A DNA stretch of 64,000 nt, from positions 20,695,190-20,759,189 of the forward strand of contig NC_085846.1 in the NCBI RefSeq assembly GCF_035594765.1, written 5' to 3'. The stretch comes from Anolis carolinensis (lineage: Eukaryota). Below are positions 38,329 to 50,545 of the stretch, in pieces; the first letter of the stretch is position 1; each line of letters opens with the position of its first letter. The position numbers and the translations under genes are program-made. The notes under the pieces were generated by a model that was not told the origin of the DNA, did no database searches, and saw nothing but the letters and a program-made list of their open reading frames with translations.

Positions 38329-39264
38329 ATGAAGAATCATTCTGCCATTACAGAGTTCATCCTGGTAGGACTTTCCAGTGCACCTGAACATCAGATGATT
38401 CTCTTCTGGTTGTTCTCCTTCATTTATGCTGTGGCTGTCATCAGTAATATCCTTACCATCCTCGCAATCAACACTTGTAGCAAACTCCACACGCCAATGT
38501 ATTTCTTGCTCGTCAATTTATCTGTAATAAACATTTGCTCAGTTTCTGTTATAGTTCCCAAAATGTTACAAACCATTTTAGCTGAAAGAAAAAGCATTAC
38601 TTTTACTGGTTGCATTGCACAGGTGTATCTTTTCAACTTAATGCTAGGGACTGAACTTATGCTGCTCGCATTGATGGCTTTTGACCGCTATGCCGCTATC
38701 TGCCATCCTTTCCAGTACATGGTCATTATGAGGAAGGAGTTTTGCCTTGGAGCTGTAACAGGTCTGTGGCTCATAGGCATGGCTAATTCTGCAATTCAGA
38801 CAGGACTTGTGGCACAGCTTTCCTTCTGTGACTCCAACGTGATCAATCATTTCTTCTGTGAGCTTCCACCCATGTTCAACATCTCCTGTTCAGACACAAG
38901 TTTGAATGAATCAATGGTTTTTGTTGCTTCTGTGACCATTGTAATAGGTAGCTGTGCAGTGACGTTAACTTCATATTGCTTTATTGTGAGAGACATTATT
39001 AAAATCCGTTCCACAGAAAGTAAGAGAAAAGCTTTTTCCACATGCTCTTCCCATCTCTTGGTAGTCAGCTTTTATTATTCTACAATAATCTATACTTTCC
39101 TCCGGCCTGCTTCAGCTTACTCCCTGGAAGAAGACAAAGTTATTGCTATTATTTATTCGGTACTGATTCCAGTCCTCAACCCACTCATTTACTCTTTGAG
39201 GAACACTGATGTTAAAGAGGCACTCATAAAGCTGGTAGTCAAAAGGGTCTCCCAGAAATATTAG
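38329..39264 (+). CDS. Olfactory receptor, OR13G1-like, 311 aa
   Basis: Strong acceptor ttttgtttgtctag ends at 38304; ATG at 38329 (MKNHSAITEF). Motifs LHTPMYFLL, MAFDRYAAICHP, NHFFCELPP, KAFSTCSSHL, PVLNPLIYSLRN. Confidence 0.96.
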   Translation: MKNHSAITEFILVGLSSAPEHQMILFWLFSFIYAVAVISNILTILAINTCSKLHTPMYFLLVNLSVINICSVSVIVPKMLQTILAERKSITFTGCIAQVYLFNLMLGTELMLLALMAFDRYAAICHPFQYMVIMRKEFCLGAVTGLWLIGMANSAIQTGLVAQLSFCDSNVINHFFCELPPMFNISCSDTSLNESMVFVASVTIVIGSCAVTLTSYCFIVRDIIKIRSTESKRKAFSTCSSHLLVVSFYYSTIIYTFLRPASAYSLEEDKVIAIIYSVLIPVLNPLIYSLRNTDVKEALIKLVVKRVSQKY

Positions 39265-39717
39265 TTCTCTTCCTCTGATTGAACAATTCATAGTGATTGA
39301 TTGAATCATGTGCATATTACCATTCAATTTCCAAAAGCAGAGCCATTTTTCTGAAATGTTATATGCTGCCAAAGGAAAACGGAATTATAGTTAGACATAC
39401 ACATTGACATTAATTAAGTAAAGCAATTTATGATTTAGGGCACATCTATACTGTAAAATTAATGGAAGTTGACATCACTTCATTCCTGTGGTTCAATACT
39501 ATTTCATGGAACAGGAGTTATCGATCCTGGGAGGTGTAGCTTTACAAAGCTTTTACATTTCTCTGCTAAAGGGTGCTGACGCCTCTCCAGACTACAACTC
39601 ATGTGATTTCATACATTGAGGTATGGCAGTGAAGTCTTTTAAGGTTTCCTCTTTTTTTGGAAATACTGACAGTACAGCATTGAGAGATATTTTGTTTGAG
39701 TAGCTTTATTTCCATTT

Positions 39718-39876
39718 CAGGAGCAACTTGAGAAATTGCAAGTCACTTCTGGTGTAAAAGAATTGGCCGTCTGGACATTGCCCAGGGGATGCCCGGGTGT
39801 TTTTGATGTTTTTACCATCCTTGTGGGAGGTTTCTTTCATGTCCCTGCATGGAGCTGGAGCTGATAGAGGGAGCTG
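39718..39876 (-). mobile_element. Anolis-SINE2-like 3' fragment
   Basis: ggagcaacttgagaaattgcaagtcacttctgg...ggagctggagctgatagagggagct overlaps the reverse complement of the head at 25.7 kb. Confidence 0.7.
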
Positions 39877-40312
39877 AGTAGTTGACTGGTCTACTTCTAA
39901 TTCAGTAGCACAGATACCATCTTTTTCTAACCATTTTAGTAGGGAATAGGTAGGATACCTCAAGAATGGTATGACTATAACATTTCATGGAAAGCTGCTC
40001 TGAAAGTCTTTAAAAAGACAATCCAGCCAAATCTTTCCTTCAAATCAGAAGTTCTCAGCTTTCAAATTTTTTGAATAATGTGCTCACAGTTATGGAACCA
40101 CTGAATTACTTCTATAGTATTTTGATAATGTGTTATTTGCTTATTTATTAATTGTACTATTTCTTGGCTATATTGAAAGGGTAAGCTGTGCTGTGAAGGT
40201 CTTACATCTAAATAAAGAAATAAACAAAGCATGTTATGAATAAATTAATTGGAGGTTTCTGGATATAGAATATTTAGATTGGATTTTAATTTTAAAAAGA
40301 AGATGTGGTATG

Positions 40313-40632
40313 GGTAAAGGTAAAGGTTTTCCCCTGACATTAAGTCTAGCCATGTCCAACTCTGAAGGTGGTGCTCTTCTCAATCTAAGCTGGAGAGCCA
40401 GTGTTGTCTGTAGAACCTCCAAGATCATGTGGCCAGCATGACTGCATGGAGCACCGTTACCTTCCCGCTGGAGCAGTACCTATTGATCTATTTACATTTT
40501 CATGTTTTTGAACTGCTAGGTTGGCAGAAGCTTGGGCTAATAGCAGGAGCTCCCTCCACTCCCCATATTTGAACCGCTGACCTTTCAGTCAGCAAGTTCA
40601 GTAGCTTAGCGGTTTAACATGCTATGCCACTG
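40313..40632 (-). mobile_element. Sauria SINE
   Basis: (AAAGGT)n tail with reverse-complement core and head. Confidence 0.9.
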
Positions 40633-40698
40633 TAGTATACCAAGATGTAGTATAGCTAGGAATAGAGGAGGACATTTGGAGATTATTAAGCAGTCATC

Positions 40699-41032
40699 GG
40701 GCCCCTGGTGGTGGCGCAGTGTGTTAAAGTGCTGAGCTGCTGAACTTGCAGACTGAAAGGTACCAGGTTCAAATCCCGGGAGCGGAATGAGCGCCCGCTG
40801 TTAGCCCCAGCTCCTGCTAACCTAGCAGTTCGAAAATATGCAAATGTGAGTAGATAAATAGGTACCGCTCCGGTGGGAAAGTAACGGCGCTCTATGCAGT
40901 CATGCCGGCCACATGACCTTGGAGGTGTCTATGGACAACGCCGGCTCTTCGGCTTAGAAATGGAGATGAGCACCAACCCCCAGAGTCGGTCACAACTGGA
41001 CTTAAGGTCAGGGGAAAACCTTTACCTTTACC
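40699..41032 (+). mobile_element. Sauria SINE
   Basis: Full length, (ACCTTT)n tail, 11-bp TSD AAGCAGTCATC. Confidence 0.93.
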
Positions 41033-42299
41033 AAGCAGTCATCATTCATTTCATGTAGTGTGTTAAAAGTCTGGTATAAAATGCATGTATATTTTTTCAA
41101 GAAAATGTGTTTTAAAATATTAACAAATTTTAGTATCAATATCTGTTCATTCTTTTTTTAAAAAAAAAAACCCATAAACCAATGGAATGACTAGATATCA
41201 CTGAAAAAGGTGAGAATTAGAAGGAAATTAAAATAGCCTTAACTACTGGCCCCAGTAAGAACACCACTGTATGCTCTTCAAATTAGTGAATTTGTCAGCC
41301 TTAGTGGAGTCATTGTATTTGCATTTGTTATACCTTTCCTGCCACCCTGTGTCCAGAATAGTGAAATGCATGGATTGAATTATTATTTTTCTTGGAGTCA
41401 TCATTAGCCTCCTTCTCCTTGGTCATGCAGGCCAGGCATCTTTGCTGATGCATCCACCAATTTGTTAATGCTGTGTTAAACTAGTTTAACCTTGTTTACC
41501 CTACACTGAGGGCAAGAAGTTGTTCAGTGTCTGGTCCACTTTAAGGTATAGGGTCAAGAGTAGATAAGCTCTAAAATGTATGTTTGGGTGTTTTATTTTG
41601 AATTTTTCTTGAATAAAAATGTATATATAATTTATATTAAAAATGAATATTTTTGATCATCAAAGTTTCTTGAGTTTTCTTGCACATTTATCCTTGGCTT
41701 ATGGGGTTTATTTGAAATCTGGGCTATGATAGTAGAAGTAGAAAACAGTATTTATCTTCTCTATCAAGAATGCTGGTGACTCAGCAAACTACAGTTCCCA
41801 TGATTTCATAGCATCGAAACATGGCAGTTAAATTGGTGTCAAACTGCATTAATGCTATAGTGTAGATGTACTCTCAGTGTCACTTTCTACTTGACTGATC
41901 TTGATTGTAGTTCCCAAACTAATTTTACATTCTTTATTATAAAATCAACAAATCTTAATTTAAAATGAAACTAAATTCTATTAAAAGTATTACTTCGACA
42001 CATGATTAAATTATATTAAAAACCTTGCAGCAACCTAGAATACTTTTAATCTCAAATATTCTCTAAACATCATTGATTTTTCCAATGGTTTTTGTGATTA
42101 GAAAACAGGATTACATTTATTCCCATCCAATTCTATTTTATTTTTCATTTGTGTGCAATGAACAGATGATATCGTGAATGCAGAATGCAAATATTAGTTT
42201 ATTTTGACTTTTCCCTGTAACATAAAGAGCAGTAAATATCTCTTCCATAGCTATTCATCTATGAATACATCTCATTTTTGATGGCAAATCTATCAAACA

Positions 42300-42700
42300 T
42301 TCCTTTACTGCAAGAGTAACTAATGGCATTTTAATGGAAGCATTTTATACACAGGAGAGAAAATTAAATGAGAGATACACAAGTGACCCAGTGTTAGATG
42401 CACATGTGGCAACACATATTCTTTTTGTCTTGCTCATCTAGGCTCGATTAATGAATCACATTTTTATTTTTAATCATGCTCACTGGGATCACTGTGTACT
42501 TTCCCACTAATGATTCCCATTGGAGCCTATTATTTTGGTGCACATGTGACAGTTTATTAACTTGTCATTAATTTCTTCAGAGAACAGGAGTATTCTGGGC
42601 TTACTGCCAAGTTATAGTTATTAGAAGTGTTATTGTTTGCTTTCACTTAATTAAAAGAGTACATTTGTAGAATCTATTTTATCAGCTAATTGTGGAAAGG
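42300..42700. promoter_or_regulatory. Candidate OR cluster enhancer (homeodomain plus O/E motif cluster)
   Basis: Composite TAATGA-T-TCCCATTGGA at 42508-42524, several further TAAT cores, and TGCACATGTG twice. No OR 5' end is nearby. Confidence 0.45.
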
Positions 42701-43029
42701 AGCAGGAATTTTATCAGTACAGTTTGCATTTGCCTGAACTTTGTCTCCATCTGGCTACAGTCATGATTATTTTTATATCACCTTGGTTAATAGATGGCTG
42801 CTTTATTTTTAATTTTTAAATATGATCTCTGTTTGCAACTGATGCTCACTCAAGCATCATTATGATCTCCAAGGTCTATCTATTTCAAACATTGACAGTT
42901 TCATCTACAGTTTTAAAGCCAAAAATAACCTCTTTGTATTGAATTAATGTCCTGTAATAGTTTGATCATTGGGCTATGATGCTCAAATCATGGAAGACCA
43001 CTGAGTTACCTCTGCCCCCCCCCAAAAAA

Positions 43030-43703
43030 AAACCCTCTGGTTTTCTGAGCAGGGGTGGCTACATACCACCCAGATTAAGATCGGAATGGCATGTAGCCAC
43101 CCTGAAGCCCTCCAATTTTCCCCTATAAGTACTGACCACCATAAGTTCCCTCCTCATGTCCTCCTGGTACGAGGAAATGAAGCCTGAGGAGACGCAAGGG
43201 TCAAGGAGAAAAATCTGAGGAGGGAACTTATGCAAGCCAAGTAGCTTTTACTTAACTTTTAGGGGTAAATGGGGCGGCTTGGGGGAGGGGTGGGTGACAT
43301 CCCACACCTTTGGACTCCAGGAGTCAAAAAGGTTCAGGATGGCAATGGAGACTCAACCCCAGGTTGTCTCGAGACTATCCAGAGTCACTTCTAGGTAGTC
43401 TCGAGTATACCTGGGGGTGAGTCCCCATTGCCATCCTGAACCTTTCGGGCTCCTGGAGTCCAAAGGCGTGGGATGGCACCCAGCCCTACCTGTGATTACT
43501 TGAGACTACCACAGGCCCAATACCCCATTAGACCCGAGCCTTTCAGGAAGGCTTGAACCTAAAGGGTATCATATTAATTCAGAACAAAACAGGGAAACCT
43601 TGGTTAGTTCTGAAAAATGCATTTTTACTGGAGGTGTCGTTTGGACACTGCCAGTAAAAACCGAGACAAGTCCCAATTTTTTGGGCCTGTTTAGAATGGG
43701 CCC
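43030..43703. mobile_element. Harbinger-like non-autonomous element with an internal palindrome of about 205 bp
   Basis: Right end tagaatgggccc; inverted arms span 43283-43490. Confidence 0.55.
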
Positions 43704-46700
43704 TTAGTCTAACCCTATTGTGCCATGCACAAATGCACAAGCAAAGCACATGATACATCCAGATCTGAAAACCCTGTGATATGTTTGCTTGAAGACAAAG
43801 GTGTCAAACTAATTTTCACTGACAGCCACATCAGGCTTATTGTTGCCTTCAAAGAGCTGTTTGTAATTGTAAGACTGAATAAATGTAACTATGTTTTCTG
43901 GCATTGAAAGCCTTATACCAGGCCACATAAAATGACATAGTGGGCTGGATCTGGCCTATGGGCCTTGTGTTTGACATGTGCCTTAGGGTCACTGTAAATC
44001 AGAAATAACTTGAAGGAACACAAGTGCAATAACACTAAAGAATATTGTAGTGTCTCTTGATGTATTTTCCAATGGATATTCACAGACCCATCTGTACTAG
44101 CTCCACCTCCTGGCTGTAATTATCTCTTTAATGAAGAAAACTGATGTTGAGTAAATAATGAACACTTCCTCACCATGTCCTATAGCAAATCTTAAAAGGG
44201 AACTTGATTGATGAAATATAACAATGCAAATTTGGAAACTTTCTTTCAAAAAAGCAAAGTTTCTTTTTACGTGAAATCTTCCCCAAGTTAGCTGTTACTG
44301 TCATTGTTGTAAAAAGAGCTTTTGAATTTTCAAAAGTAATTACAACTAATTCCTTTAGCTCTTTTTTATAAGAAAAAAAATATTGCAGTATTATAAGCTA
44401 CAGTCCCATGATATAAAGAAAGCTGGATGACTCACTGTGCTGAGAATTAGTGGATTGGGACAAAGCAGGTCAGGCCATTTTTAGCCCTTCTTCCCAAGGG
44501 CCTGCATGCCCCTACCTAGCCTTTGGAGGAAACAGAAATACTAGCCAATGAGTTTTAATTTAGGTTTGATATGGGTTAGGAGAACTAACCAGAATGGCCC
44601 AAATGTAGACTTCACTTCAGTTGATCTCTCCTCATGTGGATGTTCAGAAGTTGAGCTATTGATCTGTGCTACAAAACATACTCTTCTTCCACTTATCATA
44701 TTGTTACCTCAATATCCAAAGAAAGTACAATGTAGCAGCACAAGACATAACATGGATGAGCAGATGAACTTCGTCACATTCCAAAGTTTTGGACTTTATC
44801 ATACAGAAGTGGAAGCTGGCACAGTAGTAGGACCATCAATAGCACCTGCTTGTACCACGGTTATGCATAGGAAGAAGCTATTTGAGATGGTTGAAATAGC
44901 CTTCTGTTAACTAAATTGACCTTCTGTCAATATAAGCCTCTTCTACCAGTTGATCCCAGAGACTAGTCAGCAAGCAACAGCAACAGCATAAACCCAAAAT
45001 GGAGGCAGAGTAGGGTTGAAGTCAAGTTCTGCCAGATCTAAGCCTTCGCCAAGCCATGGACACTACTACTAATTTAGACCAAGACAAGTGGTCATAAATA
45101 ATTGTCAGCACCTCTGGAATAAGAAGGGTTTTGGCTAAGCAACTTCAACTGTCCTTGTGCAATTTGACCCTGACACTTTATGTCACGGCACTTCTACACA
45201 GCCCTAAAACCCATGATGAAATGGCTTAAAATAACCCGCTTCGGCACGGGTTCCTGTCTTCATCCACTCACCCAAATCCTGTGCTTTTCCAGGGAGGAGG
45301 GTGTCTACATGCCATCCCAATTGAAATTGTGATGGTATGAAACCACCCTTAAGTCTCATTTTCGCTTATCCGAGGTTCTGCTAGACCGTTTATGTTGGAT
45401 AAGTGAGACTCTACTGTACTATTAAAAATAGGCCTAATAAAATTCCACATACTATACCATATCATAATCTCTGTATTGACTTGACATTAATATTGAAAGA
45501 CAGTAATTAATGTGATACAGTTTTACTATTTTGGCTTTATTATAAAAACAGCTTTTTAAATTTCAAACATTGTTTCTTTGTTTTTGTTGTTGTTTTGCTC
45601 ATTGCATGAGAGTTCTGGTTACTTGAGTTCCAGTTAACTGTGAGTCTGTGATATCTGGGAGAGTGGAAGACACCGTATACTATTCAATCTGAAACCACAA
45701 AGGGTATTTGGTTACTCCTAGTTAATTTTAGCCATTCAGGTAGCTGTGTGTAGAGAACACCATCAGCCATATAAATGTGTAAAAGGATATATTCAATATA
45801 CTGCTTTGTAATTCCTTTTAATTATAAACATGCCTAATAGATTTTTTTAATGGAACTCTTACACAAAATCAAGTAATCAATTTTTTCATAAAGAAATCAT
45901 TTTAATATAATTCCACTGAACTATTTTTAAAACATATGAAATATATCCTTTGCTTGGAGAAGCATTTCGTCATTCAACAAAGTTTGCTAACAAGTCCTCG
46001 TGGGTCCTATCAGAGTTATGAAAACTTTCATACAACAGGGGATTAATCAAAATCTCCAAGTTTCTCAGCCACATGGGTAAATTTGAATTGGTCGCCATGG
46101 GCCTAATCATTGCAGTTCTAATTGCATATTCTCTGAAGGATTATTAGAGAACAAGAACTTTTTTTAAAAAATCCAGTGGGAAGGCGCATCCTCTCAAGTC
46201 CAAAGCAGCTGCCCCCTGTGTCTAATTACAAGGGTTACATTTTTTTTAGAAAGCAATTGCAACTGAAGATTCATTGATAATGAAACAAAATGCAATTATT
46301 TTAATGCTCAATACAGTTTTTATTTTATTTTATCATGATTATATACCACTGGAAGTAAAATCATGTACAAATTTGGAAAGAAAGGAGGAGCTGTTTAATT
46401 TTCAACATACAATCTCACTCTGAGAACACAAATGTTTGTACTTGGAATGATCTAATTAAACTTTAGGTTAATCATTTTGCCCAGTATGATTAAACATAGA
46501 TTCAACAACAGATAGATCAAATACACATTCATCTTCCCTCCCTGTTCCATTATAACATGCTGTATCAGTACCTAGGACTTATTTTTCATGAGTTTTCTGG
46601 GCTTTTAAGGCTTTTAGGGATACCCAGAATTATGTGACCTTTTAGGTAAATCCAATGGAATTTCTCCTTAAACTAAATTCATAGCACTGCTTCAACACTG

Positions 46701-47504
46701 ACATAAATCCCAATTTAGTGGATCTGTTTAATATTACATACTAAGTATATTTAATATTGCATTTAATATATAATGCATATGTGTTGTGTGAACCATCACA
46801 ATAAATAAATAATCATTCTTATTTGTTACCTCATGGCTTGAGGCAGGGTGCAACACAATCAAAACATAGTAAAGGAATTTTTAGGTCAAACCACCACTAT
46901 TCTTCATCATAATATTAATTTTAAAATTTCCCGATCTAATTTTCCTAATTTAGCCTTAAACATCTAGTCATGTAAGAGCATTCAGGAGTATTTGAAAAGA
47001 TCTCTGTTGCTTATTGAAATGGAAAATAAATAGGCTACATCTAAGAGACATATATATATCAAAATGCATTTTATACATTTATCCAAATGTCTTTGGAAAT
47101 TCACTCAAATGTGGCTTGTTTAAACATACTGTATTTATTGTTTATCTTTAAGGAACAGAAAATACTAGCAAACCTTAAAGTAAACTTCATCATGTAGTTT
47201 AAAAGCCATTTATTTTTGCACAAATCCTCAGGCTGTATTTGGAAGTAGAAAAGATAGTTTTCTGAACTAATCTTTACAATATTTTACTTAAATTAGCCTT
47301 TCCATTTCAAAATATCCAAAAAAATAAGGCTCTGCTTAAAGTTTGTCTCAGTTCCCTGTTCCTAAGACTGTAGATAATTGGGTTGAGAACTGGGGTCACC
47401 ATTATGTAGAAAATGGACATGAACATTGTATTAAAAGTTGGTCCTGAGAGAGTTCCCTCCCCTCTTGGTTAAAAGCAGGCTAAGCCCCATCGGAAGAAAT
47501 CCAC

Positions 47505-48030
47505 TCCTAGATTATCTTTTTATCCCAGATTATCTGGCAGTGTGGACATATAATCCAGTTCAAAGCAGATTATCTTGGATCAGATCCTGGGATAGAGTGT
47601 TGAAGATCTACACTGCCTTATATCCCAGGATCTGATTCCAGATTATCTGATTTAAACTGGATTATATGAGCTCCCACTGCATATAATCTGGGATAAGAAG
47701 AAAAGGAGGAAGGAAGGAAGGAGGAGGGGGGGGGAGGAGAAGAAGTTTCCCTTGGCTTCCCTTTCTCTCTCCCTCTTTTGCACAAAAGTTCTCCAAAGCT
47801 TTGCAAACCTTCTCCTCTGAAAGAAGGAGGAGGAGGAAGAAGAGGGGGAGGATGAGGAGGATAATAAATGTCCCCACTGCATATAATCTGGGATAAGATC
47901 TTGGGATATGGGGACAGGGCCTCAGGCGAATCTACACTGCCCTAATTCCCAGGATCTGATCCCAGATTATCTGATTTAAACTGGATTATATGAGTCCCCA
48001 CTGCATATAATCTGGCATAAGAAGAAAAGT
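47505..48030. repeat. Cluster of Harbinger-MITE fragments including a direct repeat of about 100 bp
   Basis: tctacactgcc...cccaggatctgat.ccagattatctgatttaaactggattatatgag...aagaagaaaag occurs at about 47607-47705 and 47931-48029. Confidence 0.7.
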
Positions 48031-48204
48031 GATTGATCTGGATCAAGCTTGGCACACAGACCCAATATGGCCAGCTGTGAATCCTGGGGGAGTTTTGGGA
48101 GGGTTGACCCAAGACTTTTGGGAATTGTAGTTCATCCACATTCTTAATACATTTTCTCATGGGAGCATTGATAAAAAACAAGACTGAGGTTTTAAGCCTC
48201 ACAG

Positions 48205-48940
48205 GAAACCCACTGGCAAGTCACACACTCTCAGCCCCAGAAAACCCAATGAAACAGTTTCAAACCGGGAACAGATTTCCTTATTCAGAGGCTGATGGCC
48301 ATCTGTCAGGAGTGATTTGATGGTGTACTATGATTTCTGTTCCTGGGTGATAAATGTCATTTCCTAGTTGATTCTGCCATAGAAACATGGCAAATTTTTA
48401 TAACACTGCCTGAACTTTGTCTTTGCCCAAGGGACATGGTGCTATAGCACATATGGTTTCCTGGGACACTGTCCACCAATTTAACAAAGTTTCAGCCACA
48501 AAAACAAAGTTACTGTAGTAGAACAATGACTTTCAAAGTAAATACAACCCAATGAAACAGGAAATAAGACTTTCAAACCAGGAACAATTATTAAAAAATT
48601 GTTTATTATAAAAGCTATGAAAATTCACCAAAAATCAGACGATAAGGAAAACACTCTGAATTTTGGTGAGCTAGCAGTGTTAAATGTTTTCTACTACTGT
48701 ACCAAGTTTGAAGAGGATAGCTCAAAAATTGAGGACGGGAGAGTCCTGTAAAGTTCCCCCTGTGCTGATTTTAGCCACTGTGCATGCACGTCCGCCATTA
48801 ACGAATTAATTACGAATATTCGTTAAGTTTCAAAACTTTTTGGGCCAAATTTTGGAAGTAGTTTCAGAAATGAAGCGCCAGTGCCCCCTACTTTAGAAGC
48901 AAGTTTTGTACCATTTTTTTTCATGGATCGCCCATGCCTA
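48205..48940 (-). mobile_element. Non-autonomous hAT element, same family as 4766-6698 (one end visible)
   Basis: Reverse complement starts TAGGCATGGGCGATCCATG and aligns with 4766-5425. Confidence 0.8.
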
Positions 48941-50226
48941 GTGACTACATTTCAATGTATTGAACTTAACTTTCTTCCACTATCTTACAATATCTTCCAA
49001 ACTGCATTATAAATTCAGTCACTGAATGTAGCATAAATTTTTAAAATTATATTCATATCCCAGCAAACTGCTACCAAGGGTATTAGAAAAACATATATGT
49101 AACTCTTTCCTGTACCTCTGATGGTTTATTTGTAAAAATTATTAGAGTTGTGCAATACAGGTAAACATTGATCTGTTTTGTGTCCTGGCATTTGGTGGAG
49201 GCCCTGATCTATTTTTGGGAGACTCTTGAATTTGGGAGGGCAGACATCTGTTTTGGCTCTGGGATGCCGAAAGATCCATTTTCTATCAGCCCATTGCGGG
49301 GGGGGGGGGGCTTCCCAGGCTTCCCAGGCTCCCCTTCCTGTCATTTTAGATATTTAAGCTGAGGAGAGGCACTGTGTGCATACTTTGCTTTCTCTCATGG
49401 GCCTGCACGCCACATACACTAAGGCATTTAAAGGAGGTAAGTTCTTAGAGCTGTTTTTGACTCTAGAGGAGGGTGTGGCCGATAGCTGCATGTGCTTTAA
49501 GGAGCTTCAAGTTCTTTCCTGTTTCTACTCTAGAGGAGTGGTACTTGGTTGCAGGCACTTTAAGGAGGCTTCTTACCTCCTACTCTAGAGGAGATGCACT
49601 GCAAGCTTGCACACCACACACATTCTTTCCAAGACATTTTAAAGAGGATTCCTATTTCCAAGTAAGGAAGAGTGATGACCTCTTGGAGATATCATCCTTA
49701 GGCTTCCTTTTAAAAAACCCTCTTTTTCCTGGCATGCTTCAATCTCCTTTCTGCTTAGGGTTTAGTGCTTCCTTACAGCTATTTCTACTTTCTACTCTAG
49801 AGAAGAGGTAACTTGTAGTAATTTTCAGGGAATGAGGGTTTTTTGTTTTGTTTGCTGGGGGGTTAATAAAAAAAATTAAACTGTGATGCCGAAAAGCAGA
49901 TAAGGAGCTGTGAGCGTTTCCTGCTCGCTTTTGTTGCCGTCGGGTTTAGTAATGGAAGAGCCCTTCCCGTTTCATGCTCCCAAAATACAGAAGGTACCGA
50001 AGAAAATGAAGGAAATGAAAGAAATTAATTCCACACACAATTCTAATAATTGCCATGAGATAACCATGAGTACATCAGATCTACTAGCATTCACTGCACT
50101 TTTATTAGTTTCAGTGCTGGGATTTCAGATACTGAGTAGTTTAACAAAACCTAGTTTAATAAATCATTAAAATAACATGAGCACATAAACCAAGAAATTG
50201 AATACATAAATCAATTCATTTGAAAT

Positions 50227-50545
50227 ATGATACTGGAAAACAGTGCTATAGATAAATGTATTGAAGGGCAAGTCAATCCTGGAATCTTTCTAGAAATGGA
50301 ATTTACTAAATTCATCCTATTGTATTTTGGACACATAATGAGTGAACATTGCTTACTGAAAGAGATGATAATAGCAGATAAAATAAAAAGCAGCGAGAAA
50401 TACAGAAGGTCATATTAACTCAAGAAACTGAAAAGATCATATTTACTCAACAAAGAAAGCCATGGTCCTGAGTATATAGGTCTCCTAATGACTATAGTCT
50501 TCAGAGGTGTCTTATTCACAGTGTCACTTAGTGTCACAACTAAGT
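50227..50545 (+). mobile_element. Decayed RTE/BovB-like LINE 3' fragment
   Basis: Peptide QVNPGIFLEMEFTKFILLYFGHIM...KEMIIADKIKS resembles the RTE C-terminus (L.YFGHIMR...LEK.IMLGK.EG). Confidence 0.6.
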
